A stretch of 63,774 bases of DNA, counting the filler, from Octopus bimaculoides (Eukaryota): the NCBI RefSeq assembly GCF_001194135.2. It is 6 parts of 5 records of this genome, joined end to end, with 100 filler letters (N's around TTAATTAATTAA, not from the genome) between each part and the next. Parts side by side here need not be neighbours in the genome. Positions count along the whole stretch, not along the records: positions 25,149 to 55,046 come from NC_068995.1; 5 more parts are not named here. One strand, written 5' to 3'. Position numbers and translations under genes: made by a program. The notes below the pieces were generated by a model. The model was not told the origin of the DNA. It worked only from the letters and a program-made list of their open reading frames with translations, and made no database searches. Positions 32,328-45,789 of the stretch are shown piece by piece. The number at the start of each line of letters is the position of its first letter. The stretch's first letter is position 1.

Positions 32328-33545
32328 TCTCTCTCTGCATATATTTATACATACACATATGTGTTTTTGTATGTTAATATACATAAATGTGCACGTATAT
32401 ACACACACACATACACACATATATTTATATATATATGTTTATATATATATGTATATACATACATATATATATACACATATACATTCATACGTACACATAT
32501 ATGTATATATGGCTGTGCGTATGTATATGTTTGTGGATGTAGTTTTATATGATGAAGTGTGTCTGAGTGTGTATGTGTTGTTCTATATCTGGTGTGAAGG
32601 AATGAATGCTTCTAGAAACTGTTACTTTGATATTAGTCATACCGGCATGTCAACAAAATGAGACACACACACACACACACGCACACACACACATACACAC
32701 ACACACATACACACACACACACATATGCATATGTCTGAAGAGCCCTGTTATGCTGAAACTAGGCCTCATGAAAAAATGCGTAGACGACCTGTTTTTTTAA
32801 CTATTTTATATGTGTGTGTGTGTGTGCGTGTGCGTGTGTGCGTATGTAAACATGTGTGTACGAGCATCTCTGTGTTTGTATGTGTGTGTGAGAGAGAGTG
32901 AAAGAGAGAGTGGCTGAATAGGTGTGTTAGTGAGAGATTGTGAATGTATCATAGATGAAAATAATATCAACAAGGTGTTATTGAAGAATATATATATATA
33001 TATATATATANNNNNNNNNNNNNNNNNNNNNNNNNNNNNNNNNNNNNNNNNNNNNNNNNNNNNNNNNNNNNNNNNNNNNNNNNNNNNNNNNNNNNNNNNN
33101 NNNNNNNNNNNNNNNNNNNNNNNNNNNNNNNNNNNNNNNNNNNNNNNNNNNNNNNNNNNNNNNNNNNNNNNNNNNNNNNNNNNNNNNNNNNNNNNNNNNN
33201 NNNNNNNNNNNNNNNNNNNNNNNNNNNNNNNNNNNNNNNNNNNNNNNNNNNNNNNNNNNNNNNNNNNNNNNNNNNNNNNNNNNNNNNNNNNNNNNNNNNN
33301 NNNNNNNNNNNNNNNNNNNNNNNNNNNNNNNNNNNNNNNNNNNNNNNNNNNNNNNNNNNNNNNNNNNNNNNNNNNNNNNNNNNNAAAAAATATATATACA
33401 ATACAGAGGAAAAAAAAACATTAGAAAACAAAAGAGAAATAACCTTTTTACTTAATGGGTATATTTTTCTAAAATGATATATAGTCACGTTCGATGTTCT
33501 GTTAAACTATATCTCTTTGCTTTTGCAATATATTGCTTTCTGTAA

Positions 33546-33623
<78 letters not shown>

Positions 33624-34068
33624 TTATATCTTTTTTCTTTATCGATATTGTGAACGATGGTCTGATGCAAATATTAGAGATGATAAATGTGGAATAAGTA
33701 CTCTCCTATAATTGATATAAAGTGAGGGAGAAAAATAAAATAAAAAGGCAACACGAATATGTATAGGAAAAAGGTTGAAATGCGGGTGGTGAGGGTGGTA
33801 AAAGAGAAAGAGAGAAGAGAGAAGAAAAAGAGAAAATAATCAGTGTTCAACATAATAACCAATGTTTTCGTGATTTTCTTTTTCTTTAGATATGCTTTTT
33901 TTCTCCGTGGAAGTTCCATTGTAAAAGACTTCTGTTTAATACCACGTCTCTGATGGAACTTTTAACATGAAAGGTATTGCCCGTTCCTAACTGTTTGGCT
34001 TCATACTTCTACACACATACATACAATACGTATACATACACACAAACATATATATTTATATGCATGCG

Positions 34069-34101
<33 letters not shown>

Positions 34102-34126
34102 ATGTATATCTATATCTATATATAAT

Positions 34127-34158
<32 letters not shown>

Positions 34159-34624
34159 NNNNNNNNNNNNNNNNNNNNNNNNNNNNNNNNNNNNNNNNNN
34201 NNNNNNNNNNNNNNNNNNNNNNNNNNNNNNNNNNNNNNNNNNNNNNNNNNNNNNNNNNNNNNNNNNNNNNNNNNNNNNNNNNNNNNNNNNNNNNNNNNNN
34301 NNNNNNNNNNNNNNNNNNNNNNNNNNNNNNNNNNNNNNNNNNNNNNNNNNNNNNNNATAAATGTGTGTATACACGCACATATAAATTATGAATTTCACTG
34401 AAACAAATATACACACCAGAAAGTTTAAGAATATCTTTCCAAACCAAATGGTATTTGGGACAAAGTCTTTGTCAGCCAATCCTAGTTCAGCAACTTTAAA
34501 ATGAGGTTTAGCATTCAATGACTGACGTATTTAGTTATCAAAGCTGGAAATAAATAAATGAATAAATAAAATGAATGAAATTGTAAACAAAAGAAAATCA
34601 GAAAAGAACTTGTTTGTAATTGTT

Positions 34625-34835
34625 GTTTAGCTTCAGGTCGTCCCTGATTGAGTATGACTATGGTCAAAGGCATTCCAATCGTGACCATCCTGTGTTTTAA
34701 TGAATTCATAAAACTACCTTATGTAATGTGTGCTTTTCATATTTAAGACTATAATGTATGATTTGAGGGGTATTTCACTGCTTTTTCTAAAAGTTGAACG
34801 ACAGTGTATAGAGGTTTCCTCGTTGGCTCATAGAG
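34625..34835 (+). repeat. Unclassified interspersed repeat
   Basis: The segment GATTTGAGGGGTATTTCACTGCTTTTTCTAAAAG resembles fragments at 10627-10680 (+), about 10905-10935 (-) and 62325-62358 (+) (GAGATTTRGCTGYT.TTTYTAG). Confidence 0.5.
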
Positions 34836-36274
34836 GCTTGCTGCATGCGATATCTTGGTGATGTTAAAATCTGGCAGACGATTATTTTGGCGTGTATGTG
34901 GGGGAAACAGTTTCAATATACCATAATACTATCTAATACATAATTTCCAAAGCTACTTCTATTGACTAACCAATGTAAGATCCTTAACAAACAACAGATC
35001 ACTTATATACTTTTTTACAGTTATTAAAAACTAACGAAATCACTTCTATCTATATAGCTGAATCTAGTGTTTTCTGTTCGCTCCTTTATCTTACGAATTC
35101 ATTCCTACAGATCTACTTCTCTATTCCTTTTCCACCATTTACTTCTCTTCCACCGCCCTTGTTTCCTCATCTTCTTTTCTATCACATCCTCTTCTTACCC
35201 ACCTCATCCAGATATCGTCTGTTACTTTCCATCTCTCATTATTACTTTTACTTTCTGTCTCTGTCAGTTTCTCCCTCTGTCATTCTATTTTTCTGTTTGT
35301 GAATTTCTCTCTGCCAGCCTACCTGAACGTCTGTCTCTATCTTTCAGTATATCTGCCAGTCTAGTTCTCTGAATGTTTGTCTATCTCGCAGTCATTCTAT
35401 CTATTGCCATCGTCTGTCTATCTAAATATCTCTCTCTATCTTTTACACTATGTCTGCCAGTCAATGTTTCTTTATTGCTTGTGTATCTCACATTTGGTCT
35501 CTATATAAGTCCTGTCAGTCTGTCTGTCTTTCTAAACACCTGTCTTTGTCTATCTTCCAATATGCTTGCCAATACAAATCTCTTACGTTTATCTCTCAGT
35601 AAGTCTATTTATACAGAAATAACATATCCCCTTTGTTACTATTTCACACTGTTAATCAACCAGTCTTCAAACAAGTGTACTAGATCACGTACAAAGACAC
35701 ACACACAAGTGTGTGTGTATATATATATATATATNNNNNNNNNNNNNNNNNNNNNNNNNNNNNNNNNNNNNNNNNNNNNNNNNNNNNNNNNNNNNNNNNN
35801 NNNNNNNNNNNNNNNNNNNNNNNNNNNNNNNNNNNNNNNNNNNNNNNNNNNNNNNNNNNNNNNNNNNNNNNNNNNNNNNNNNNNNNNNNNNNTGTACCTG
35901 TGACTTCATTAATAGACACCATACTCACTGTTATTAATCTGACCTACCTTCCATCATAATTACCGATTAAATTTATCGATCTCTGATTCGCAAAAGAAAA
36001 AAAAAACCACTTCGATTACCTTAGCTAATTACAGAACTGTCAGGAAACAAGCAAGTTGTTTTGTGTTTCGAAGAAGATGTCTGACAATTGATTTTTTGTC
36101 TTTTATCCTAGATTTTTTTTCTTAGCTTCTATTTCATTGATCTGCTGTGTCACAGTACGTTCTCACCAGACAGAGAAGCAGACAGTCAGGCGGACAGACA
36201 GGCAGGAGCACAGGCAGGTAGATTAAAAAGAGACTCAACATAGATATTGTAAGTACAGAGTGCCCTGTAGATAT

Positions 36275-36495
36275 TTAACCCTTTACCATTTAAACTGGGC
36301 ATATACAACCCAATATTCTACCTGTTTTATGTCCAAACCGGCCATATCCGGCCTCTCACACCTACCGTACAATGTCGGTCTAAAAATGAACAATCACATC
36401 ATCGCAAGACTACAAGGTAATGCGTAATTTATTCAAAATATTGTGAACAAACAAGGTTTACATTTGGCAGAGGAATTCGAATGCTGAAGCGATAA
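36275..36495. mobile_element. piggyBac-like MITE (TTAA-flanked, CCC...GGG-type ends), decayed
   Basis: Left TTAA-CCCTTTACCATT; right AATGCTGAAGCG-ATAA is a degenerate reverse complement. Internal GGCCATATCCGGCC motif. Confidence 0.5.
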
Positions 36496-36519
36496 ACGAG
36501 ATGTTACACGAGCATATGA

Positions 36520-36640
36520 AGACACGTGGCTTAAGCTGTTGCACTCGCGATCGCGAGTTCGTAGTTTCGATCGCCGGACCGGGCGGTACGCTGTGTTATT
36601 GAGTAAGCACTTCTTTTCATGTTACTCTGCGACGGGTTCG
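36520..36640 (+). mobile_element. SINE family C-like 5' fragment
   Basis: ACGTGGCTTAAGCTGTTGCACTCGCGATCGCGAGTTCGTAGTTTCGATCGCCGGACCGGGCGG has a tRNA-like head with a B-box-like GTTTCGATC. Confidence 0.6.
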
Positions 36641-36790
36641 CGTCTAGTTCAAGAGGAAGGTTGTGATGTCGGTCCCTTATAAGCAATGGAAACCTGGTAA
36701 ACGGCCCCACGACTTCTAAGACTCAATACAATTAATAACAGTGAGGTGGGGGGGGTCTTACTATATTACTTGTAGATACAGTAAACTTAC

Positions 36791-36844
36791 AATCGAAGGC
36801 GGACTGTAAAAGATGGTGAGGATGCTGGTGTTTCTGCGCCAACT
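36791..36844 (-). other. Candidate 54-nt spliced exon of an unidentified minus-strand transcript
   Basis: Acceptor CTTCTCTCGTTTATTACAATCTTTTCTTCAG and donor GTAAGT (36790-36785). An upstream donor GTAAGC at 37015 would give a 171-nt intron. All three frames are open, so no product can be called. Confidence 0.35.
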
Positions 36845-37379
36845 CTGAAGAAAAGATTGTAATAAACGAGAGAAGCGGATAATATACAAATTATTTTTAT
36901 TGGTTTATTCATAGACAAATCAGCTCCTATGACCCCCTTCTGAGGATCACATAACTGGTGGGACGAACAGGGGATGACACATTCAGGCCTGATACCTCCG
37001 TCTCTCAGTGCTTACACCGGAGTGAACTCGGCTGAAGGCACCTAAGGCCCTAGCTGGCGGTGTTTAACGGTTGTAACAACATGGCGGCCTCGTTTCGTAA
37101 ACAAAAAAGTTATCTGGGTAGGAAGTGGAAAAACTGGGGATTATAACGTTATGTCGCAGGTTTGATAGCAATTTCACTATACTATACTATACTATACTAT
37201 ACTATACTATACTATATATATATATATATCACTATCGTATATAGTATATAACATAGTAATATATACATATATATATATGTAGCTATAGTATATAATACTA
37301 TGGTAATAACACAATGGTATATATATCATTGCATTTTATATAACTATAATAATTAAAGTATATATATATATATATATTT

Positions 37380-37560
37380 TAAAGTAGACAAATGTATATC
37401 AACGTAGACAGTTACATATATAGTGGGCACGTATATTAACATAGGCAGTTGTATATCAAAGTAGGAAGATGTGTTTTAAAATAGACAGATATAAAATAAT
37501 GCAGACAGTTGTATACTGGAGTAGACTGTTGCATATATAAGTAGACAGCTGTATTGTATA
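37380..37560. repeat. Degenerate ~20-bp minisatellite (AAGTAGACAGTTGTATAT-like)
   Basis: GTAGACA/GCAGACA/ATAGGCAG cores recur roughly every 20 bp. Confidence 0.6.
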
Positions 37561-37919
37561 ACCTAAATCTAAAACTAGGCTGTTGTGTAGTACAGAGAGA
37601 CAAATATCTGCTAAATGAATTCCTTTAGTCTCACTAAGGTTGATAGATGCATAGGAAAAGACCCCCTCCCAGCTCAGTTTAAGTCTAACCAAACATCAAC
37701 TTTCCAGTTTTACAACTGTAAGGCAGCTATTGATTTCTCTACCATTCTATTTTCGATTTTGTATATTTATAAATTGTGTATAATAACAATATCGTTTTGG
37801 TTACTAGCTTGCTAATACTATCACCAGCAGTACAGGAAACCACACTAAACACTTGGCTGTAATACATGTCTTTGGAATGCTTTATTCTAAGTTAAACTCA
37901 GGTAGATCGTTTGACCAAT

Positions 37920-38140
37920 ATTGGCTTCAAATTTTAGCACAAGGCCAGCAATTTTGAGGGAAGGGGTAAGTCGATTACATCGACCCCAGTGTTCAACTGG
38001 TACTCATTTTATCGACCTCTGAAAGAATAAAAGTTTAAGAAAAAATCACGGTGGAATTTGAACTCAGTACTTAAAGTCAGGCGAAAAACCGGTAAGCACT
38101 TCGTCCGGTGTGCTAGCGATTCTGCCAGCTCTCCGCCTTT
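37920..38140 (-). mobile_element. SINE family A
   Basis: TAAGTCGATTACATCGACCCCAGTG...CTGGTACTCATTTTATCGACC...GGAATTTGAACTCAG...GATTCTGCCAGCTCTCCGCCTT. Confidence 0.85.
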
Positions 38141-38499
38141 GTTTAACTAATATTGAGAAGAGAATAAATGTTTGTTCCTTACTAACCGACATACACTACT
38201 TGTAGAGTAAATTAGCTTCGAATATTTGGGGGAATATAAGAAATAAAAATCCCCGAGGCCATAGGGTTGTCTATCGATTGATTTTATACACTTACTGGTA
38301 GGGTTTATTAAGTTGATGGGGGTGGATCTTCGTTGTTTGACAACGAGGAGGATTTACGTGTTTGATAAATTTAGTTATCTGCTCTTGATTTAACATACAA
38401 GTGACTGAGTATTGCACAAACATGTTTACCCTTAAGGTAATCATTGTGACTCAGTCGTGCTGTGGCAAGGCCGTACCTTTTGTACTAAAGGTACAAGCC

Positions 38500-38662
38500 A
38501 CTCGACGGGATTCCATACAGTTTCCATATATTAAATTTCGCTCACAAAGTTTGGATCGATCCGAGGTTACAGAAAATGAAATCTGTTCATGCTGCTACGC
38601 AGTGGGATCGAGCCCGGAGTTCGTGATTCGAAAGCAAAATTCTTAACCAATCGGCCATACTG
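38500..38662 (-). mobile_element. SINE family B-related, diverged 5' half
   Basis: CTCACAAAGTTTGGATCGATCCGAGG...ACGCAGTGGGATCGAGCCCGGAG...CTTAACCAATCGGCCAT. Confidence 0.65.
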
Positions 38663-38711
38663 TGTTTACGAGATTTATCAAAATACAGCTAATACATAAA
38701 GGAAAATTCAT

Positions 38712-38820
<109 letters not shown>

Positions 38821-39673
38821 TAAACTAATGTAGTTTTAATTAATTAGCTCTATTAGCTGAAATATATTTCCATGTACCTGATTATATATTTATACGCCTC
38901 CCCACCCCACTCCACAACAATAACGAGTACATTTGTAATCACCACACTCTACAGATATCGTTCTCTCCACCCCGTCACTAACATCGCCATCCTACAATCT
39001 ATACTGCGATTTGGTCTAGTCTAAAAATACGTGATAACATCATGTTACTCTAACCTACAACATTACATGCCCTCAATTTTCCAATAATTCACGTTAACTT
39101 TTGGCATACTTTCTACCCTCCATCCCCTACTCCCATCCCTTATCAAATGTTTTATTCAAAATGCAACATTCACCGTCGATCTTCCACTCTATCCATCCCT
39201 CTCCATCACACCGCAGTGTTTTTAGTGTCGTCTGTACAACGCTATTCGCTTTCTCTCGTTTTCATTCAAATCTGCCATATTTAATACACGTCATACTACA
39301 TTTTCTCCACTCAGCGTGATTCTTCACTGTTAAAAACTCTATATTTGACTAAAATAGGCTTCAGTTTTCTTTCGAACAATTGATTAGTATTTGAGAGGAA
39401 CGATCTAAGTCAGATCCAATGTCACCTGTTATAGATTTAAAACATCTTCAGCATTTAAAGTGCATAAGTACGTATAACGAATAATGTCTCTAACCACACA
39501 CACACATACACACACACACATGCATATATGTATATATATACACACACAGCTAGCTGTTGTGTATTCTTGATGCCCTTACTCGTGTATGTGTGTGTATGCG
39601 CGCGCGTAGGTGTTGTTTCATAGGCTTAAAATTAACGATTTCAAATTTATAGGCTGAGATCGATAATTGTTGG

Positions 39674-39724
<51 letters not shown>

Positions 39725-42444
39725 CATCTTCATCATTATTATTGATGTCTCTTCTTAGACAGAATCCTATTAATATTACGTTAACTTCTGACCTTAAACT
39801 ATCGTTGTTTATTTTTTCTCAATGATAAAATCTGGAGCTCAAGTAATATCTCTTTTATTAAAAAAAATTGAGATTTCTATAAGCAGANNNNNNNNNNNNN
39901 NNNNNNNNNNNNNNNNNNNNNNNNNNNNNNNNNNNNNNNNNNNNNNNNNNNNNNNNNNNNNNNNNNNNNNNNNNNNNNNNNNNNNNNNNNNNNNNNNNNN
40001 NNNNNNNNNNNNNNNNNNNNNNNNNNTATACATGTCTTTGAAGAAAATTAATTTGAGAAAGAGATTTTTGAAATAAGAAAGAATAAGAGACTCCAAAATC
40101 ACATGGCATTTCATACGACTGAAATATACTCACAAAAACAGACAAGCATTCTTTTAGAGTCTATATTGCAAAAAATAATGAAGATGGAAAAATTACTGAA
40201 CTTTAACAAACTATCGCTGTCTAGACAGAAAAAATTTTTTGAAATATTCATAGCTTATCGTATTTCTTAAACAATGTTTTGGAACTCTAGAAAAAGATTA
40301 TCATGTTTCTTTTTCATTCTTTAATTCTAAAAGTGATCAAATTCTGTGTCGACTGCTCTCGAAAACTAATTAGGTGATCACGTCTGTTAATTTTTAATTA
40401 ATTAAATTAAGACATGAAATATTTGTCTGGTTTCTTTGACTGACATTTACGCCAGACACTAAGACTGATGTGGTTTATTGTCAATCATTATAAGATGGGG
40501 AAGTTGTATCACATATCTTATGACTGGTTTTATTATTTCAGACTTTAAGACATCACGTGATTTACTTAACAGTTAATGATCGGTCATTTTGGCGAAGGAA
40601 AGAATATAATTGACTTCGATTAATTATCTGTTTGATAGGATTATTACCCTATGTAATATTGCCTATGTCTCGAAGAGTATTCTTTCTCAAGGAAGGACAC
40701 ACTTGCAGAATACCTCTTAGTTCTACAGAGTTCTTAGCTTGCATGTTATAACTTCTGCAAAAAGTCAGATTTTAGTTTAACCTTTGACCATGTCAAAGGT
40801 TATATTTACTTTCGGTATTTCGGTTTTATAAGCTATTGAGTGTTCACGTAATGGATGTAAACACAAAGCTTAGTCAAAATAAATCTATATATACACAGTA
40901 CATGTATATATAAGAGGTGTTAGCGTCAACCATATCAAGAGATGTTGGCCCAGTCAGTCGTAGTCAAGTGAATCGGATTAGTAAAGGCCTCAGATGGAAT
41001 TGCGGGAATCTTTTGATACGGTTGCAGTGACACCATGAATTAGCCGGTCTGGAAGTTGTTGTTCATTAGTGGTAAGTTATGATAAAGTTGGTGGGTAAAT
41101 AGACTCTTGTGATGCGACAAAAATATCAATCAAAAATGTTGCAAATGGGAAAGCTTCACAGACAGAAGCGAAAAGTTTCTTTAGAGTCAAAGAATCTTCT
41201 CGTACTGTAAATGAAACAAAGCTTTTATTAAACAATGCGTGAAATAAATCGTTGGAAAGAAGCGCTATAAAATCAAATGAAACTTCCAAACGACAGTATT
41301 TACATCACAAATATTTCGAAAGCGCATTTCGTTTGATTAATATTCATTAACCAAACTGTTTGTTATATATAAATTACAAACAGCCGAACTTTACATCGAA
41401 AGTCCTAAATTTGGTATAACAAAGGAGAATTATATTCCTAACGCAAAAGTAACGAACGGAAAGTCACAATAATGTCTCCAGATTTTAAAATTGAATTTTG
41501 TTTATTTATTTCCAAATCTACTTTCAGTTTTATTTTGAAAGTAAAAATTGTTTAAATGAAAAGAGAATTCATATTTCATCGTTTGCATAGATAAAATATT
41601 TCTCTAATGATTACAAAGTTGTTTTAATTATCGAAATTATTAGTTTTTGTTAATTCTCGTAGCATAAATGTGGATCTCAAAAATTTGCCCCAGAATTTAG
41701 ATTCGGAATATATAAATATATATACTTTCGAATATAAACCTAAATTGCTATCCACAATTAAAAACTCTTTAATTGATGCGTGTTTGTAGAGTGGCATAAA
41801 CACATTCAGACTCGTAAAGGTAAATGGTTTCTCGCAGTTGTGGTTTCATCCATAAGGATTAGTGTCAAAGGAATATATAATTTCCACGGGAATAAGATTA
41901 AAGATCAGTAAGGAGTGCAAGGAGTGCATAATAATAATAATATTCATATATATTTATTTCCACACAATGCACTGCTTTACTAGTAGTCTATGTTCACGAA
42001 GGACCCACTTGAATTAAATGGTGGGATAAACTATAGTTTAATTTAGGATTTTCTGGTGTCATTAGATAATCTTCACTTAAATCTGTCTTTAGGATTGTCC
42101 ATTTTCTTTGGAATTTATGGAAACCAAAGAGACTCAACTGAATCTCAAAGATTTCTTCTTTTCATGTCAATCAGGGGAATATTTTTTCCAGAATAAATTT
42201 GGGATATTATTTATGATACTCTGCCTGTCTAATTAACCCATTCACATACATACACACACTCGCATACATACTTTTATACATACAGATGTATGTACATGAA
42301 ACAGTTGTCCAATTAAGAAATTATGTCTTCTCTTCATAGTTCTCTGTATTTTTTAGGCTCTATGTAAATATATCTATGTGTGTGTATATATATGCACACA
42401 CATATGTATATGAATATATGTATTTATTTTTTAAATATACGTTG

Positions 42445-42498
<54 letters not shown>

Positions 42499-43437
42499 TT
42501 GTGAAACCTAAATGTGTTTATCTGCATCACTACTCCGAGAATCGAGCGCACGATCTAGTGATCGTGAGTGTAACGCCCTAACCACCAGGCCACTACTACA
42601 TCTGCCTTATGTTCACTGTCTGTCCGTGTGTTCAATATATTTGCCAATACATTCAATATATATTCAATACATTATGGTTTAGCCTAGAAGTACGAACGCT
42701 GGTCCTAGCATTTGCAAGCTGCCGGCCCTCCCGTAGCGACCTATACTAATATCCTTAACCTCCACGTCCAGCGACAATATATAATTTATTTCGTTTTGTT
42801 GTCTCTTGATGTGATGTCTACTTCATACTTAGCGTTCATGTCCACTGTATGTCATCCTCGTTGCTGTCTACGTAGTATATTCCGAAGTATTGTCTACATT
42901 GCATCATCATCGTCATCATTATTATTATTATTATCATCATTATTTTTATCATTATTTTTATCATTATTTAGTGTCTCTTTTTCTACTGCTGCTTACAACT
43001 AATCTATATTCATTTAATGTCGACCAACTCCATACATTTACTGTTGATTCTATAATCCTGTTATCGTCTGCTTTATCGCCAATTTGTGTCTTGATATTAT
43101 CTACTCTTTCAGTTTCTACTTAGATTGGCCGAATGTTTTGTTTTATGACGTCTCCTCACACTGTCGTCCAACGATCTCTTAATTAGGATAGCACATTATG
43201 TTGTATCCACATTATTCAACCATGTGCCAGAATGGGCTTTACAGAACCTAGAACAACAAAACAGTACAGTTTAACGAAGACGATAACTCGTAGAAATGTT
43301 ATAAAGGTTCATATTAATGTTTTAATTCCGGCATTCGTAACTGCTTATTATCAGGACATTTGATTTCAAATACAAGATAAAATAAAAAAAAAAAGAATGT
43401 TATAGTTCTTATACTATGCATTATAGATTTCAATCCA

Positions 43438-43487
<50 letters not shown>

Positions 43488-43756
43488 AACACACACACAC
43501 ACACATAAACACACACACGCACACACAGATACACACACACGCATGCACGCGCTCACATACATACATATATAAGTAACGAATTAGAAAACGTATGTTTACA
43601 ATTCTGAGCCACAAGACAAATTCATGATACCATATTTCATATATATATATAATTTCACTTAGGCATAGCGATACTAGGTTATCCTTGTGTTAGAACTTAA
43701 TATTCATAGACTTCAGAACAGTAATAAGAGATTATAAAAACGACAAAGGAACAAAA

Positions 43757-43933
43757 AAATTATGTAATGAACTGCATTAGCTTACACCTGTTTCTGCTAT
43801 AAGATACAAATGCATTCATAGTTCCATGGATGTTAATCTGAATCTATACAGAGATTCGCGAACATGCAACTATGAGTGCATTGCAGCGTATAGCAGGAAC
43901 AGCTGTAAGGTAATGAAGTTCATGATATAATTT
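43757..43933. mobile_element. Fold-back (MITE-like) element, 177 bp
   Basis: Arms of ~70 bp: AAATTATGTAATGAACTGCATTAGCTTACACCTGTTTCTGCTATA...CATAGTTCCATG versus CATGCAACTATG...TATAGCAGGAACAGCTGTAAGGTAATGAAGTTCATGATATAATTT, with only scattered mismatches. Confidence 0.85.
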
Positions 43934-43958
43934 CTTCTTCTTTTGACATTTTTAATTT

Positions 43959-43989
<31 letters not shown>

Positions 43990-44391
43990 NNNNNNNNNNA
44001 TATATATATATATATATATATATAGCTTATAAATGAAATATAGTGTTATGTATTGACCTTCTTTCTTATGTATTGCTGAGTATAGAATAGCGCAGAGAAA
44101 GGTTTACTGTAGCGTAGAGTGCTGTGTGTAGGGACTATGATGTAGGCTACAGTTGGTGTAAGAAATAGGGTATTGAGATGCAGTTGCTCTCTTATGGGTA
44201 TTTTTGAAGGAAGGTATATCGTAAACCTTTGCTACGATTAGTGTGTTCGAAAGGATTACGATGTAGGAGTCAAGTTAGTGCTTGTGATATTTCTCTGCAG
44301 AGAATAACACATTGGTAAGAATGTACAGGAGTTGTATTCTGGGAAATCAGTGCCGTGTATATATACACACACAAATAATATATACTTGCTA

Positions 44392-44607
44392 TATTTGTGG
44401 GTTAATAAGGCTACCAATGGTTTCATGTAAAGAGGGATCTCCATACAATTTTCTAGCCTGGCACATGGGAATATTGGTTCTCATTTTCATTATGGTATTC
44501 TCATCTAAAATGGACACGAGTACCAACGTTCCCATGTGGCAGACTTGAAATTGTATAGAAATCCCTCTTTACATGAAACCATTGGTAGCCTGGTTAACCC
44601 ACAAATA
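44392..44607. mobile_element. Fold-back (MITE-like) element, 216 bp
   Basis: Arms of ~90 bp: TATTTGTGGGTTAA..AGGCTACCAATGGTTTCATGTAAAGAGGGAT...CACATGGGAA..TTGGT.CTC, reverse-complementary to 44519-44607, with a ~35-nt spacer. TA at both ends. Confidence 0.9.
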
Positions 44608-44657
44608 AAGAATATTTATCCACCAATGCACTGCTGAGCTCTCATTTTCACTGTTCA

Positions 44658-44704
<47 letters not shown>

Positions 44705-45747
44705 TTTGTGAGTGTGTTTGTGTGAGTGTGTGTGTTTATATAAAATATGTGTATCTTTTTGTGGGTGTATGAAAGATTTGTTCGTAGAAAGAGGGTGACA
44801 GGGACAGATAGTGGTTGATGTAGTGTGATAGCTGAGTGGAGGTAGGAAAATAAATAAATATAAGCTGAATGGCAAAAAGAGAAGCTAACATTGACAACAA
44901 GCTGTCACTATCATTGGTGTTTCCTGACGAAATATCTCCTTATTGAAGGAATAGTAAATACAGTTGTCACGAAACGAAGAAGGTTCCATAACACGATAAG
45001 AATTAAGCACGATAAAAAAAAAGAGAGAGAAAAAACCGTAGGTTTTAATGAATAAATATCCACGAAAGCTTTTCTCTATGACCAAGTCTTCTGAATTGAA
45101 TAAAGAGTTATATAAAAACAATAACAAGAACAAGAAAAATCGTACTTCTCAATTATTAATGCTACCATTTGGTGAATGTTTGATGTGAGTTGAGTTGTAG
45201 CTATATGTAGGACAGAGAGAAAACTGAGACCCTCCGTCATCACCTATACATACATACATACATACATACATACATACATACATACATACATACATACATA
45301 CGTGTGTGTGTGTGTTCCTATACGTTCTGATACGTACATACACACTTTATAAATGCACAAATATCCTTTCATTGAATCCCTTAAAATAAAACTAGAAACA
45401 CAAAGACCAGATCGACCAAAATGGTTTCACTGTTTCCTGGGTCTCGACTGAAGGTAACAAAAAATATAGAAGTCAAAATATAAACTCATAAACGATGAGA
45501 ATGTAACAAGAAAAGAATAGAAAAAGAAGCAATTTATAGAGTTAGCTTTGTCGTCGATGTGTGTTGTGCAATATCATCATTAAATATCAACGATTGTTCT
45601 CCATTAAAGACCTTTTATTTTAAGATGATCTCAGCAACAAGTTAGAGGCCATTTTATACACTGGCCTCTGTGGTCACGTGTCCATCTCCTTTGCCATGCA
45701 TCGTGCCAGCTGCAGTTTACATAATACTACGCACACAAACACACACG

Positions 45748-45789
<42 letters not shown>

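Noticed and set aside
32731-32792. CTGAAGA...GAAA...GCGTAGAC hammerhead-like arrangement
   Set aside because: Stem II does not close next to either GAAA, and stem I is not formed.
36112-36154. Plus-strand mini-exon (FFFLASISLICCVT, signal-peptide-like) with AG/GTACGT borders
   Set aside because: Only 43 nt, partly a T-run, with no linked exons. Too weak to call.
40778-40802. Perfect 11-bp palindrome TAACCTTTGAC-CAT-GTCAAAGGTTA
   Set aside because: Isolated and short, with no flanking element structure. Insufficient for a functional call.
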